64,000 nucleotides of DNA from IMG/VR virus record IMGVR_UViG_3300042332_001215, positions 22,307 to 86,306 of that record; one strand, written 5' to 3'. Under the pieces are notes generated by a model. The model was not told the origin of the DNA and did not search any database. It saw nothing but the letters and a program-made list of their open reading frames with translations. This document shows, piece by piece, positions 10,901 through 22,500 of the stretch. The position numbers and the translations under genes were made by a program. Within the stretch, counting starts at the first letter, position 1; the number at the start of each line of letters is the position of its first letter. Source of the DNA: a virus.

Positions 10901-13026
10901 CCTATACCGACATTACCACCTGGTAAAATATTAACTCTATCATCAACCCCACTTTCTCTAATGACAAAACCATTATCATTGTTAAAGTTTGATGTAAGAC
11001 TCCATTTATCTGTTCCATTTTGTGTCAACCAGAGTGCTGGATATTCAGTTAATGCATCAATTCTTATTCCACCGTATTCTGGTGTTTGCACTTCTAGTTT
11101 AGATGTTGGTTGTGGATTTGCGGTGCCTATGCCAACTATTCCATTTGCAATAATTTTTGTCCCTGTTGAACTTCCTTCTAAGTAAAATGCTCCAGAAGAT
11201 GAAGTATCAGTAAATACTCCATTTGATAATACTCTAAATGCAGTTCTAGAGTTTAGAAAATCTGTGCCAATTCTTTGTGATGAAACTCCGCCAATGAAAA
11301 CTGCATCTATACTTTGATTTAAATTTGTGGTTGCTGAAAACACCATTCCAGAACCAGCAATCGCAGAAGAATTATTGTTCCACATGTTAAGTGGAGAATT
11401 CACTTCTGTAGATGTTGTCTCGATTACAAATCTGCTGGATGATCCTACAACTGCATGAACTTTAGATACTGGGGTTGTTGTTCCGATGCCAAAATTGCCA
11501 ATATTATTAAACCATACATTACCAGTTGATGTATCTTCAATATAAAATTTATCTAGAGAATTTAAATGATCTCGGATTTTAAATCCATCTGCTTCACCAG
11601 TAAATCTCCATGCCCAGGTTCCATCAGATTTACGAATATCAAATCCTGCACCACCAACTCCACTATTTTGAATAAAAATTCTTGGATCACTTGCAGTAGT
11701 AAGGTAAATATCTCCACCTTGTACATCTAATTTTCCTGTTGGATTTGTGGTGCCAATACCAATACTATTTGTAGTAGTAATTTTACCAGTAGTATTAAAC
11801 TCTGCAGTTACACCAGTTCTTGTAGTAGTTGTATGGAGATACTGTAGATGATCATCATCGGTAAGACCAGTGAGTAATCCATGGTCGGATACTGCAACAC
11901 CACCAATACCAACAGAACTTAATTGACGAATATCATAAACGCCTGCAATTCTAGCCTTTGGAGCATTTGCATAGGTAGCATTAGTCTGCCAAATAATCTT
12001 CCAAAGTGGTCTAAATTCTACAACTGGAAAATTAGTTAATGTTAAATCTGAGAATGAAATAGATTCTTGATCACTAATTTTATTGGATTCACTCTGTCCC
12101 ATAATTGCAAGGACAGGATAATTAATATTATTAGTTGCAATAATCCAAGAAGTCGTATAATGAGTATTTGTTGGAACATCAACAGTAGACCAAGTTCCTG
12201 TATTTAATAGGTTATATTGAATTCTTGCAGTTCCTTGTTTCAATGCGTAATCAGTTGGATTATCACGAACCCATCCAGTACCACTGAGATAAAACACTGG
12301 AATTCTTGCTGGACCTTGTAGATCTTGTTGCCAAGTATTTGCAGTTGGAGTGTTGCTGTGAACAATATCTACTTCTAAATCCTCATCAAAGAATGTACCA
12401 CCCCCAAGATCAAATTGAGAATCTGCGTTGGTAGATCCAGTTCCAGTAGTTGTAAAGTTGCCAAGAGAGAAACCATTGGCAATTACTGCACCACGGGTTC
12501 TATGAAGATACTCATGAGTTGCCCAGTCTAGAGTAATCCCGTGTCTTTCATCTGCAACAAATGGAGCAGTGCCTGCAGTTGCATTCCAATACACATATGC
12601 AGTAGGTGCCTCGTTTTCCCAGTCAAAGTAGGTTGTTCTACTAGAAAGAACTCCACTTGCATTGAAGAAAATATAGTAAAGTCCAGTGGTATTTGGAATA
12701 GTTAAAGTTTGGGCAGTAGTAAAATTATATTTTATTCCCTTAACCCACACATTGAAACTTGTTGATGCGGGTTGAATTGTAAAGACTCTAGTTGATGCGT
12801 TAAAAGATATAGTACTTTGAGACTTGTCTTCATGTCCCATAGGCTCACTAGTAGCCTGTAGGTGGGCAGTTACATCAATAATTCTATCCGATGCACTTCC
12901 ATCACCTTTTCTAAGGAACAGTTTACCATCAGCAGTGTTTACTGCTAGTTCTCTTAAAGATAAGTCTGAAAGTGTAGGAGTTTTTCCAGCAACTGAACTG
13001 GACTTTAACTTGATGTTTGTTGCCAT
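4927..13026 (-). CDS. Long tail fibre protein (2699 aa)
   Basis: N-terminal IKLKSSSVAGKTP..L...ELAVNTADGKLF (long-fibre/Mtd_N-like attachment motif); about 20 GNVGIGTTNP-type repeats; C-terminal TKSFVIDHPTKPG..LRYGSLEGPENGVYIRG domain common in cyanophage fibres. Confidence 0.85.
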   Translation of the reverse strand: MATNIKLKSSSVAGKTPTLSDLSLRELAVNTADGKLFLRKGDGSASDRIIDVTAHLQATSEPMGHEDKSQSTISFNASTRVFTIQPASTSFNVWVKGIKYNFTTAQTLTIPNTTGLYYIFFNASGVLSSRTTYFDWENEAPTAYVYWNATAGTAPFVADERHGITLDWATHEYLHRTRGAVIANGFSLGNFTTTGTGSTNADSQFDLGGGTFFDEDLEVDIVHSNTPTANTWQQDLQGPARIPVFYLSGTGWVRDNPTDYALKQGTARIQYNLLNTGTWSTVDVPTNTHYTTSWIIATNNINYPVLAIMGQSESNKISDQESISFSDLTLTNFPVVEFRPLWKIIWQTNATYANAPKARIAGVYDIRQLSSVGIGGVAVSDHGLLTGLTDDDHLQYLHTTTTRTGVTAEFNTTGKITTTNSIGIGTTNPTGKLDVQGGDIYLTTASDPRIFIQNSGVGGAGFDIRKSDGTWAWRFTGEADGFKIRDHLNSLDKFYIEDTSTGNVWFNNIGNFGIGTTTPVSKVHAVVGSSSRFVIETTSTEVNSPLNMWNNNSSAIAGSGMVFSATTNLNQSIDAVFIGGVSSQRIGTDFLNSRTAFRVLSNGVFTDTSSSGAFYLEGSSTGTKIIANGIVGIGTANPQPTSKLEVQTPEYGGIRIDALTEYPALWLTQNGTDKWSLTSNFNNDNGFVIRESGVDDRVNILPGGNVGIGTTNPATKLDVSGDLKTTGKITVDFGTALGGAYTGLEIKGNAAFSTNLSFGVAQNVSRSGRAGVFAGAYIDAEGNRPISFGTNGTERLSIEGNGNIVVHNSVGIGTTIPERKLHVFGSSLGLTSGDVDTVARFTSLTGNKSNLDILSRRTSNGSNWVTSETRIQYNVDEDGFKRSWISFFNTSSVTSENTIRFGESTDTEWMRISDGNVGIGITNPGQRFEVSGNIQSTGSIRAFSSFGSRFVYLRGDSSSDIGAIGSRTSSDTVNTDALIWTPSGNVGIGLTNPSAKLHVSGQAFVMTGGKSGSNTYLSLRSSDANSMELAFSNLTNTAWQLQSTENGIAYRSLVLNPAGGNVGIGTTNPLNTFDVVGIGQFTADGATLNLVGGTHSYIQWFPDGSAAGRKAWTGFGNADSNMFTITNQISDGSGHIYLDPGANAAVLIDTGSATGTASQSLQVSGGAYISGNVGIGRTNPSNKLEVVGNISLLSANIATVGTLSVSDTGAYSITSYYATGATMRFVLADSTGTNQERVRIDAAGNVGIGTTNPGSTLAVNGYITENPGDGIYYNVVTQRDIGFNPNQVPLNQYLGQLAFMDDYAPFALRRSGGGTNDLIINSDGFIGIGITNPQQELHIYRPVGNADIRVQGGGVATYIDIFHGNDNYGIWGTSTTGRMSFATGSTERLSILANGNVGIGTTNPTTKFDVIGNARIGGAAPRSVNGLTVGFTSNTAFATNTDVGDVNRTISLINESATTNAMSILGFRVNPGTPTTNAMLDMKFVQTGGTNTSALHYTFNHGGTTTFVDRFTILSSGNIGIGITNPSARIHIENSNTAFTSPGDTNTPSIYLLNGNSNSTTAHSTVAVRTNGANSGDPFISFDIGGVIGWSAGIDNSDNDIFKISNNWADLGTSNRLAIATNGQTNFTVTYGGSPANMDVHSLLTFSRTTPLDGVTYSGADARLFSFTITPENEVAFRAANATIVSTNYINFRTSNGNVQAVRITAAGNVGIGNTNATAKLHINSVHNESVTYLKVGGAGSVSRFYRYIAVPAKATAGGVADTAKPLYVGRFFNGTAKLLIYAGGNNAEEGFEVTLHRDWGTASIPILNTVLGALPGEITFHHQTIDNDSYYLFVNYTYAAQVPINTINDIRFDITTISNMGDFSIGTAPTIPTLNSSNQLLVGLFVNRQGRVAVGNNINPAFAFDGFGSLRMSSGTSFESQIISRNDSNDVNSGYFILEKSRNNLSVQNGDTLGTLLWRGVDSNNTIQNSFASISAKAEGTIGAGSIPAGLYINASSKIVFDVNGEKLRIDNNGNLGIGTTNPQYKLHVVQDGDTLALESQVNTGRATLRLLTNGNDWEVGARGSASSPANSFYIYDNATALYRFVINSTGNVGIGTTNANRQLHIAAAGESNIVLENMGAGTDQKKSRIYHDTSNDFRISFINDAFSTENYILWAKRGSGFTTAQTLLNPSGGNVGIGTTNALVKLDIGGETSQFPYSLRIQNTSHATSKRASIAFGNGASHQILIDANGNGNEDFSIYQANINRSPFFIHHQTGHVGIGGLTTPPSPLAVNGYITENPGDGTFYNVVTQRDVGFNPNQIPLNQYLGQLAFMDDYSPTQIYNPSTTTAQLTIAQSQTSGYGFIQLGRSATATNNFHFGSEGNGSFNFWNGNWGAGVGPRFTITSDGRIGIGSAGPVATLDVRTNAPQWSAFNYGANIIVGGSRNNAIGILDSTNSNPWAMVNGGGNLIFARMPALGDTASAPNILHTFANTGNVGINTNSPGQRFTNYTNADGAIHTFTQNASTGVSAYSAFHLNTGDANAYFFLNSQNRSADGGTRTATVRNDSGDLRLQAMSATGIIIKATTGNVGIDTASPTFKLQVNGSFAATTKSFVIDHPTKPGFKLRYGSLEGPENGVYIRGRLSESNTIELPEYWTELVAEDSITVNLTPIGRNPGIHSVIDISNNSIVIESSNDVINCFFTVFAERKDVDKLITEYES
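6076..6213. repeat. Internal ~138-bp direct repeat, copy 1 (copy 2 at 9118-9255), within the tail fibre gene
   Basis: Both copies encode LAVNGYITENPGDGxxYNVVTQRD(I/V)GFNPNQ(I/V)PLNQYLGQLAFMDDY with high nucleotide similarity; offset 3042 bp (in frame). Confidence 0.9.
9118..9255. repeat. Internal ~138-bp direct repeat, copy 2
   Basis: See copy 1 at 6076-6213. Confidence 0.9.
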
Positions 13027-13057
13027 ATGGCTAGAGTCTCCAATGGTATATACCTAT

Positions 13058-13084
13058 TAAAAAAGAGGGATAGATATCCCTCTA
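13058..13084 (-). terminator. Rho-independent terminator
   Basis: Minus strand AGAGGGATATCTATCCCTCT hairpin followed by a T run, just after ORF 13094-13570. Confidence 0.7.
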
Positions 13085-13093
13085 GTTATTTAT

Positions 13094-13570
13094 TTAATTT
13101 GATGATGGAGGTGCAGCAGACATCATATTTTGCATCATTTGTTCTGCATCAATATTATACTGCATTGTTGGAAGTTGTAATTGTTCAAATGGATTTTTGG
13201 GATCATTCATTAAATCTTGAGTTTCATCTTTAACATCATCTTTAATTACATTTACCAATGTATCTTTTGCATTAAAAGGATCTGAAACATTCTGAGAAGG
13301 ATCAAAAATAACTTCAGATTTATCAGAAATATGATGATGAATATAAACTCTATTGCCATACTCACATGGAGTAAATGAAATGGAATAATATCCAAATCGT
13401 GTATCAAAATAAGGAACTGGACTTCCTGATTCAATTGTTTTTCTAATCATTTCTTTGAACTCAGGTAGAATATCTGGAGATTCTAACTGAGCTTTACAAA
13501 TTTGTTCATTTTCTGTGTTGAGGAACAGATTAATCTGTTCCTCCATTTCTTCAGTCAAAAAGAATGACAT
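13094..13570 (-). CDS. Hypothetical protein
   Basis: 158-aa ORF with GGAG RBS; no recognised motif. Confidence 0.6.
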   Translation of the reverse strand: MSFFLTEEMEEQINLFLNTENEQICKAQLESPDILPEFKEMIRKTIESGSPVPYFDTRFGYYSISFTPCEYGNRVYIHHHISDKSEVIFDPSQNVSDPFNAKDTLVNVIKDDVKDETQDLMNDPKNPFEQLQLPTMQYNIDAEQMMQNMMSAAPPSSN

Positions 13571-13584
13571 AAGGTTTCTCCAAA

Positions 13585-16500
13585 TTAAATATAAATTGTG
13601 TTAACTCCAAGGTTTGAGAAATTGGAATTGGAAATAACAGATTCTTCGTTATGAATCTTTCTGTTGTATTTAGTAACCACCAAGTTCATTGGAGACCACT
13701 CAAAGTTACATAGATCACCCATTCTTAGTTTGATAATTCTGTAACCGAACCAGTTTCTTGCAATTGGCTTGGAAATTCCTTCAGTAGACAGTTGAGTGGT
13801 ATTGTTGTAACCTCTTCTATCAATTCTGAATGCGAAGTTATAGTGTCTATTGAATGGAATTCCTCCAGATTGAGTTCCTTGTGCAGACCATCCGTTATTT
13901 CCAACAATATTTTGCTGGTTTGGAGGTAGAACATAAGGAGTTGTAGCACTTCCACCACTTGTACTTGAGAGGAATACTTTGCCACCATTTCTAATTCCTG
14001 ATGCAGTTGTAGCATCAAGTTGCATTTCATCCGAATCTACAGTTGAAAGTAGAATTGAAGCTGCAGGGTGGAATACTCTGAATTCAGCAGTAGTCCAGTT
14101 TGTTGGTAGTTCAGTATTGACTTCCATCAATTCAATATATAGAGCTTCATCATACTTTCTACCATATGGAGCACCCCAGAACCAATCCGCAAAGTGTCCA
14201 ATAAATCTGTTTTGATCATCATAAATTGCACATGATACATCCATATATTGCCATACATCAAACCAGTTAGGAACTCTGATATACTTTCTTCCAATTGCAG
14301 TTTGTGATGTAGTATCTCCAAATCCAACTGGTGAGTTGGAACCAAACTGTGATTGTGATAGAATCATTCTAGTGATCGCTGTATCTGGAGTTCCAGAAGC
14401 CAATTGATCTTTATGTCTGTATGCAGTATTGGTTGTCAGTAAATTATCAACTAAACATGGTCTGTAATGTTGTACATACTTAACACGAACTTGTTCGGAT
14501 GTGATGGTATTATTACCCTTACCCCAGTTTGGCCAACCACTATTGTAGATCTCAAAATCTTGTAGATCACAGCCTAGAATAATTCTAGTTGCAGTTTCTC
14601 TGTCTCCACCTGTTGGCCACCATTCGTTTGCAGTTGATGCTGGTGATGGATATCTATAGTTTTGAATGTCATATGCACCAACTCCACTTCTCCAGAATCC
14701 AGGACCACCCCACCATTCTCTTCTGTTACGAAGAATACTTGTATTGAAGAATGCATATACTGAATCAGAGTCTCTTGAGATATGCTTGACTGGGTTATAG
14801 AACATCCAACCATCTCTCTCAAGATGTGGAACATTCCACCATCTGTTATATGTAATATCATAACCAACTGCATGATATTCTGCAAGAATTGGTTGTAGAT
14901 TAGATACTTGTCTTGCCCAATCCCACTGCCAGAGTGACCAAGATGGTCTGACTGGAGAAGAAACTGCCCAAATTGAGTTGTTTCTTTGTGAGTTCCATGA
15001 TAGTTCTAGTGAACCATTTGATGCAGAACCAACAGTCTTAGAACCGTCTAGTTTGGAACCAAAGTTTCCAGTCCAACCAAGTCTTCCATAAGGACCATAA
15101 CCCTTAGCAATACCGAAGTAATTTCCAAACCAAGTATTATTGATGGAGAAATCTCTGAAGGATAGCTTACCACCATTTCTGGAGTATAGGAATGTATTTA
15201 GTGTAGGACCACCAAACTTGACTCTATCTGATAGGTGTGAAACGATAACATCGGAAACACTGAAGAAGTCTTGCTTGGTTGGGTGTGCAGTATATAGAAT
15301 ATTATTTGGAGTATCTAATGTAATAGTCACATATCCATCAGAGTCAGCAGATGAAACTGATACGATTGAAGACTTAACTTGCTTGAGATCTGGATTTCCA
15401 GATATAGAAATTGGTGATCTTCTACCCAAATCATTTCTAAGTGCAGTAGGTTCAATTTGACCACTTCCACTTAAATTATTCTCATTAAATCTTCCTAATT
15501 GTAGTGTACTACCGTCAATAGATCTAATAATTGTCTTAACTTCAAGCATCATGTAGTCAGGAACATTAGATGGAATTATATCTGCAGCTCCAGTTCCAGC
15601 ATCCCATGTTGCAGTTGATGTTGGCCAATTATCAAGAGAACTTCTCAGATAGAATTGATTTGGATTTGTTGGGACTACCCAAGCATAGTAAATTTTTCCA
15701 TCATTCGCATCTGTAACACCTGTCTTCTGCTGCAATCTTCTGTAAGTAACTGCTTCCTTATCAGTTAATCCATGACCATTAATAGTGAATCTCTTAGAAG
15801 TTGAATTATATACTGCAGTGTCAGTTGCATCTAGAACCAATGAAGCAGTAGAAATTGAATTTCTAACTAATCTTTGATTAGTAAATGTTGCATTGGTAAC
15901 AGTTACACGATTTGCAGTAGTTCTATCATATGCAGAGGTTTGGTTGGTATAAAGTTCAAATTCTCCAGTGCTTAGAGATCTTACAAAATATGCAGTTTTA
16001 TGAGTTAGTCCCGTAACTTGTTGTAAATTATTGGATGCATCTCTACCTGCTACATAGAAAATCTCATCTCCAGTTTGTAGTCCATGACCAGCAATTGCTA
16101 TACTAGTTGCATTTGATAATCCACTTGGAATAGTTAGTAAAGTATAGTTAGAAAGTGCATCCCCAACAGATAGGCCAGATGTATCACTAATATAAATGAA
16201 TGGCTCTCCTGCTCTTGCAATATAATTTTGAGTAGGTAAGTTGGATGATCCAGATTCATATGAGTATGAAAGAATATCACCCTTCTTAATTCTTGAAGAT
16301 CTATTTGGAAGCTTAATTTCATACTTACCATCACCTAATTTAATGTTATTAGTTCTATATGCACTGTAGTTTTGTCTTGGGAATGACCAACCACCATTAT
16401 TAATGTTTAGGAAACCAAAGTGCCTTGCAGTATTATCTGCACTTGCAGTCAATTCAAATGGAAGCTCTTCTGCAAGATAAAGTTTGATCTTGCTATTAAC

Positions 16501-19500
16501 TGAATCCTTCTCAACATCAATAATTCTTGACTTAAAGATTCCAGCCATATGGAATCTTTCTTGAGTAAATCCAGGAACCATCTTAAACTTAGTACCTGAT
16601 GCAATGTTTCCAATAAGAGCTTGGTCAAAGTACAGAGTAATTCCACTAATTCCAGTAGAACCAACAGTAATATAATCAACACCCTGCTTAGATCTAAAAG
16701 TAGATAGTGGGTTAATTGCATTAAATACAGTTGTATCAGCTGCAGTCTCAGACGCAACCATGTGTGGTTGCCAAGCTAGATTCCAGAAAATTCTAACTCT
16801 CTGTAGATTAATGGTATGAGTGCCAGTGCCTTGTGAAGTAATATCAATTGCAATGCCATTTTCCGCATTCTCAAGACTTGTTGCAAGACGGAATGACCAG
16901 TAATCATTTTTGATGATGTAGTAATCTGTTCCAGCGGTCAATCCAGCAGGAATTGTTCCTGTAGATGTAATTCTCACCATATCAGAAGTATGATATGGGT
17001 GGTTTGCAAGGACAAAATTATTGTCTGCAACATTAACCTTACCTGAAACTATCTCCATATTCATATTCATTGGAGAAGTAGCACTAGATGTAATCTTACC
17101 TACAATTTCCTGACTTCCTGCAGTTGCAGCAGAAGTTACTTCAAATGTAATATTTGAATATGGACCATAACCACCATAGTATCTTGCATCTCCATAACCA
17201 TCTCTGAAGATTAGATCACGATATGGAATAGTTACAATTTGTCCAATATCAAATTTCTCAAAGTCTGAATTTACATCTCCAGATGGAACTTCGACAACAC
17301 TAATCTTATTAGTGTAATTACCATAGGGATCCATGTAGCTTCCACCAACCAAAGTAGTATTATAAAGTCCACTTGTAGAATTGGCTAAGGATGGAAGAAT
17401 TCTCTTGAAAGTATTAGCAGAAATATCTACTGGATCTGCAAGTCTGATTTCTGTTTTTTGTAGATCACCAACAGTAACATTAGCATCAGAACTATCAGTA
17501 ATATCAAGACCTTCCCAGTCATGAACATATGATGGATAATACTTAGTATTAGATCTTAATAGAGTTAAAGTATAAGTATCGTTTGCAGATGTTAGAGTGT
17601 AATCACAAGTTTCAAGGTTGCCAATAGTAATTCTACCAGTTGTTGGCCAGTAATCTAGAATATTTTCTTTATCATATAGATCAAATCTTTGGTTTGAAAC
17701 ATATGCAGGTGATGCAGTAGTTTCTTCTAGAATTACTACAATTGCAGTTCTAATATCTGCCTTGTTATTTGGATTTAGATATCTGTAAATGCCAATATAA
17801 GGCTGATTGGTTGAACTTGTAGCAACTTTATAGAAAATTTGTGATCCACCAGCATACTTAATGAATGAACCTGGCTTATAGGTCATCTTAGCACGCTGTA
17901 GTTCAGACTTAATTCCAGAAATTGTTCCAGCATTAATATTATTTAAGATGAAACAGTTTCTTGGTGCGACTGCAAGATATTCGCCAGCTTCAAAGATTGA
18001 TAGATCATCACTAGTTGTTCTATTTACTTTGAATGAATATCCATTTACAGCTGTTCCAATTGCACCAGAACCACTTAGTGTAAGTGTGTCATTTTCCTGA
18101 TGGCCAGATCCAAGACTAATTAAAGCCATTCTGGTGATATTTCCTTGAGAATCTGTGGAGAACCTAATTCTAGCGTTGGTTGTACCAGTTCTGCTATTTA
18201 CTAGTTCTCTTTCGGTTCCGTAGGAAACATTAGCTACACCGTTGCCAACTTTTGAAACAACAACATCAGAATGTTGTGCAATAGTATTAGTATTGCCATC
18301 AGCACTTAGAATTAAATATGAACTTGCAGAGTTTGCAACTGCCTTCTGATATCTTGAGGTTGCTCCACCAGTGTAAGTATATCTTTCACTATCAATAAAC
18401 TGAGTTGAGAACTTAATACTTAATTCTGCAAAAACAGTAGAAAGATCAGTTACATTTTCTGGTTTTGTGCTCGTGTAACCATTGAAGTTTAGATTTCCTT
18501 CATATTCAATTGTAGCAATTTTAGTTGCTCCAGATGTTGTTTTAGTTACTTTAGTCACTGTAGCATAAACAGTAGTCTTGTTATCACTCTTGACAATTGA
18601 TGTGAAGTTGGGGAAGATTTGTGCAACTACAGAATCATCAGTGTAATTAAATTGTAGAGACTTCTTAGGAAGTGCAGCAGAACCAGCTGAACCACCAGCA
18701 GCAATTGCAAATTGAGTATCATTATATCTTAGATTCCAGCCAGATTTTCCAGTTGTAGTTGAGCTATATTCAATATTATTTGCAGTTAGCTCAGTTTCTT
18801 TTAGTTCAACAGAAGAGTTTAAACTTCCATTATCTAATAGTCTTGGAATTCTTTGAATGGTTTTAATTGGAAGTACACGATAATCATAGTCTACCTTCTT
18901 ATTGTCGGCAGTATAATTTGGTTCAAGATAATTTAGACCACTAGGATTATATTCAGAGACATATTTAAATAGTTCATCATTTTTACCTACATTTAACTGT
19001 TTTGCAGGTGCTTCTTCTGGCAGTCTTTCAAAATAGTTACCTTCTTCATGCTGAAGGAAGTCTACAGAGTGACCATATGTAAATCTCTGATTTTCATTTA
19101 ATCTTCTAGCAGATGGAAGAATTCTGGTTACGGTATTGTATGCATCACCACCAACAAAGACTAGTGAACTCCAGTTGGTGCTTATATTACCTCGTATTCT
19201 ATTACCAATGAATCTAATTGAAGAACCTCTTGCCTTAATTAGACCACCGAAATATCCACCTCCATAGGTATTATTTTGTCTATTAAATGGTGAGATTGCT
19301 CCGATGGTTGTATCTTGAATCCAGAGAGGAACATTTGAACCAGGAACTGCATCTACTTCAAAGAATGGAGTGCTAATATTACCAATTGATGGAGAGTGAG
19401 CAGTAGCAATCTTTCTTCTCATAGACTTATAACTATGAGGCCAGTTGATTGTTAGCTTCTTACCTCTAACTTTAACAGCATTTACAAGACCAGCGGGTGT

Positions 19501-22500
19501 AGTATTGATAGTATCAGTTGATTGGGTAGTAGCTCTATAAGGATTATCTGCATTTGCTAGAAGATTTAGATTTTTCTTAGCTGCTACGATAAATGCTTCA
19601 TCAGTGGCAAAGTTGGTCTCTGCATCAAATCCTGAAGTTAGTAAGCCATAGTTTAAAATAACAGAGTTGATACCCATATTATAATTGTCATCAAAATTAC
19701 CAATATCTTCTGGTACAAATTCAATTAGATAGAATCTAGTAGTTGCTTTACCAAATAGTGACTTGAATCCATTAGGGAAGTATGGAAGTGAAACCGCAGT
19801 TTCTTCATTTTGTGTGGAACTATACTGGAATTGTGCAGCAGATTGTCTTCCATACCAAGTAGCAAATGGATATTCAGCTTTTGGAGTTACTGTAATTGAA
19901 GTTCCAGATGGAATAAGTTCAGTATGATTAATGTTTGTTCCCTTCGCATTCTTGATAGTAATTGTGGTATTTGTTCCATCAGTGGTAATATCAGAAATTA
20001 AAGCTTCAAAACCAATTCCACTTCCAGATAGCTTTTGACCTACTCTTATATTGTTGATGTTAGTGTCAGTATTTGCAATTCTAATAGTATTAGTTCCAGA
20101 AGTTTTCTGTTGGTTTAAAATAATTGTGAATTGATTAATTCCAACATCAAGTGGTTGAGTTGGATTGCTATCAATTACTAAGTTCACAGTACCTCTTCTA
20201 TAACCAGCAACTACACCAAAGATTTCTGGAGTATCGAAGTCTTGCTCGTCATAACCATACTTGTCTCCGCCACCATTTAGAGTGTATGATGAAGGCATGA
20301 ACTGAGTTCTATAATATATACCCAGATTAAAGACAAGAGTTACAAACTCATCTCCATCAACATTTGCAAACTTAATAGTATAATCAGTGGAGTTTGAATA
20401 GTTTGATGGTAATACTAGATCTTCAGCCTTGTTTTGCTTGAAGTCATTATCGCTGGTATATAATGCACAAGTGTATGTTAGAGTTTCTACACCTGTAGAT
20501 TCATTCTTATTATAAATTCTGCTTAGAACTTTTGTTTCTTGATCATCTGCACCAAAATACAGTGTAGTACCAGGAATTACATATTCTTTTAGCCAACCAA
20601 ACTTAATTAGATTTGATGGAGTTCCAGTCGCATCAGTGAAGTTAGATGATGTAAATGTGAATTCAATGAATCTTGCGTTGGAACTAGTTGCAGTATTTGT
20701 GACTCCTGCTACAGTTAGTACTTCATCATTTCTAATTTTGAATGAAATGCCTGCCTTTCCAGCTGCGACTGTACCATTTGCAGTAAATGATAGTCTGCCA
20801 TCTGTTGGGAAGTTAGTTTGCTTCTTGACATACCAAGCTTTTCTAACATCTCTTCTAGCTCTTTGAATGAATGGATCACTGCTATAGCTACTATCAAGAA
20901 TTTCATTGACAGTAATTGCCTCATTTAATCCTAGGAAGTTTACATTAGAAATCTTGACACCACCATTAAATTGTGGATAACCATCAGTAGTAATATAAAG
21001 TCTATCAGTTCTTTGTACATACTGTGGGGTATAATGAATAGTTTTATAGAAGTTTACACTATCAGCTCTCTTGGTTAGATCATTTGAATATCCACCAATT
21101 TTTCCTGCAGAAGTATTTGCAGTCTCTTTACCATAAGCTTCATTTGTTCTTTCAATACCACTACCATTGATCTTGATTACAGGAGTAAATTTATGACGGC
21201 TACCATCACTTTCATTTAGTTTATAATATCCTGGTTTAAATAGTAGTTCAACTTCATCAGATGATGTAAATCCAATCTTATTGCAATATTGTGAAATTTG
21301 ACCGAAGCTTGTGAGTGGGGCAAACTTCTTAATTGCTTGCCTGGTTTGTAAGTTAATACCTAAAGCTTTTGATGTAATTGGGTTTGGCACATTATTATTA
21401 ATGTACTCATCATTCACTGTAGATACAAATGGAATTGGCTTCTCATATGGAGTAAATAGAGTTGCACTCTCAAGATCTACATCCTCAGTAATTTGATCTG
21501 TGCTTGGAATAAATGGACCTTCAGCCGCCCATCTGTCGGCATAAGTTACAGAAGTGCTACAGCCAGCAAAGAAAATAGTTGTTCCATTTGGATATGTGCT
21601 GGATGACAATTGCTGATCGGAACTAAATCCAGTTACCTTTCTAATAGCGTTAATTCCATTGTTCTTATAGTATACAAATGTACTATAGTAAACAGTTGTG
21701 TTTACTTTATATCTTAGTACAACAGCTCCCCTATCTGGAAGTTTATTATAAAAATCACTTGCAGTATTTACAGGAATTATCTGTGGAGTGGTTTCATTAA
21801 TAGTTGAGGAAATATTAAATGTATTATTAATAGTTCCTTTTAGGAACTTAGAATCAAATAAAACTCCGTCACTTACAATTCCCTCATTGGATTCAACAAC
21901 TCCATTTCTATTTGGATCGTAGTCAAATGGTGATGACCAATTTGCTACAACTGCTTTATGAGTTCCTGTTGGGAGAATATTGCTGATATATGTAGATAAT
22001 GTATTTGATCCTAGTTTATTTTGATTTGATTTAAATGTGACGGTGTTATTTGTGTAGTCAATAGTATCATATTCAAGTGTTATTGAGATAGATGGATTTA
22101 GATATTGTCTAGCTCCATTTAGAACATAATAAGCATCTTGACTTACTGCCTTCATGGTCATTTCGATATCAATCTTTCCATTTGATGGAATGCCAACTGT
22201 ATCGACAACTTTAATTTGAGATGTTGAAGTAGTTAGTCCAACAGAGCTTGTAGATCCAGAATCTGGAGTTGATAGTGCAGTTCTGTTTAGTGATGAAACA
22301 TAAATTCTGTTGTTGTCAAGATTGATATTTGAAGCAGAAACTAGCTGCCTCTTGAGTCTCCAAGCATCAAGGAATTTAGGTGATACATAGAGTCTATCAT
22401 TAGTATCAGTTGAAATGAAACCAGTTTTTTCTGGTTTTGCACCCTTAGTGAAGCCAAATCCATCTGGGCTACCTTCTGGGAACTTTTCTCCATTTGCAAT

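Noticed and set aside
4927-13026. Diversity-generating retroelement suggested by the Mtd_N-like start and the repeat pair
   Set aside because: No reverse transcriptase in the window; repeat differences are mostly synonymous rather than adenine-specific, and both copies are internal coding sequence.
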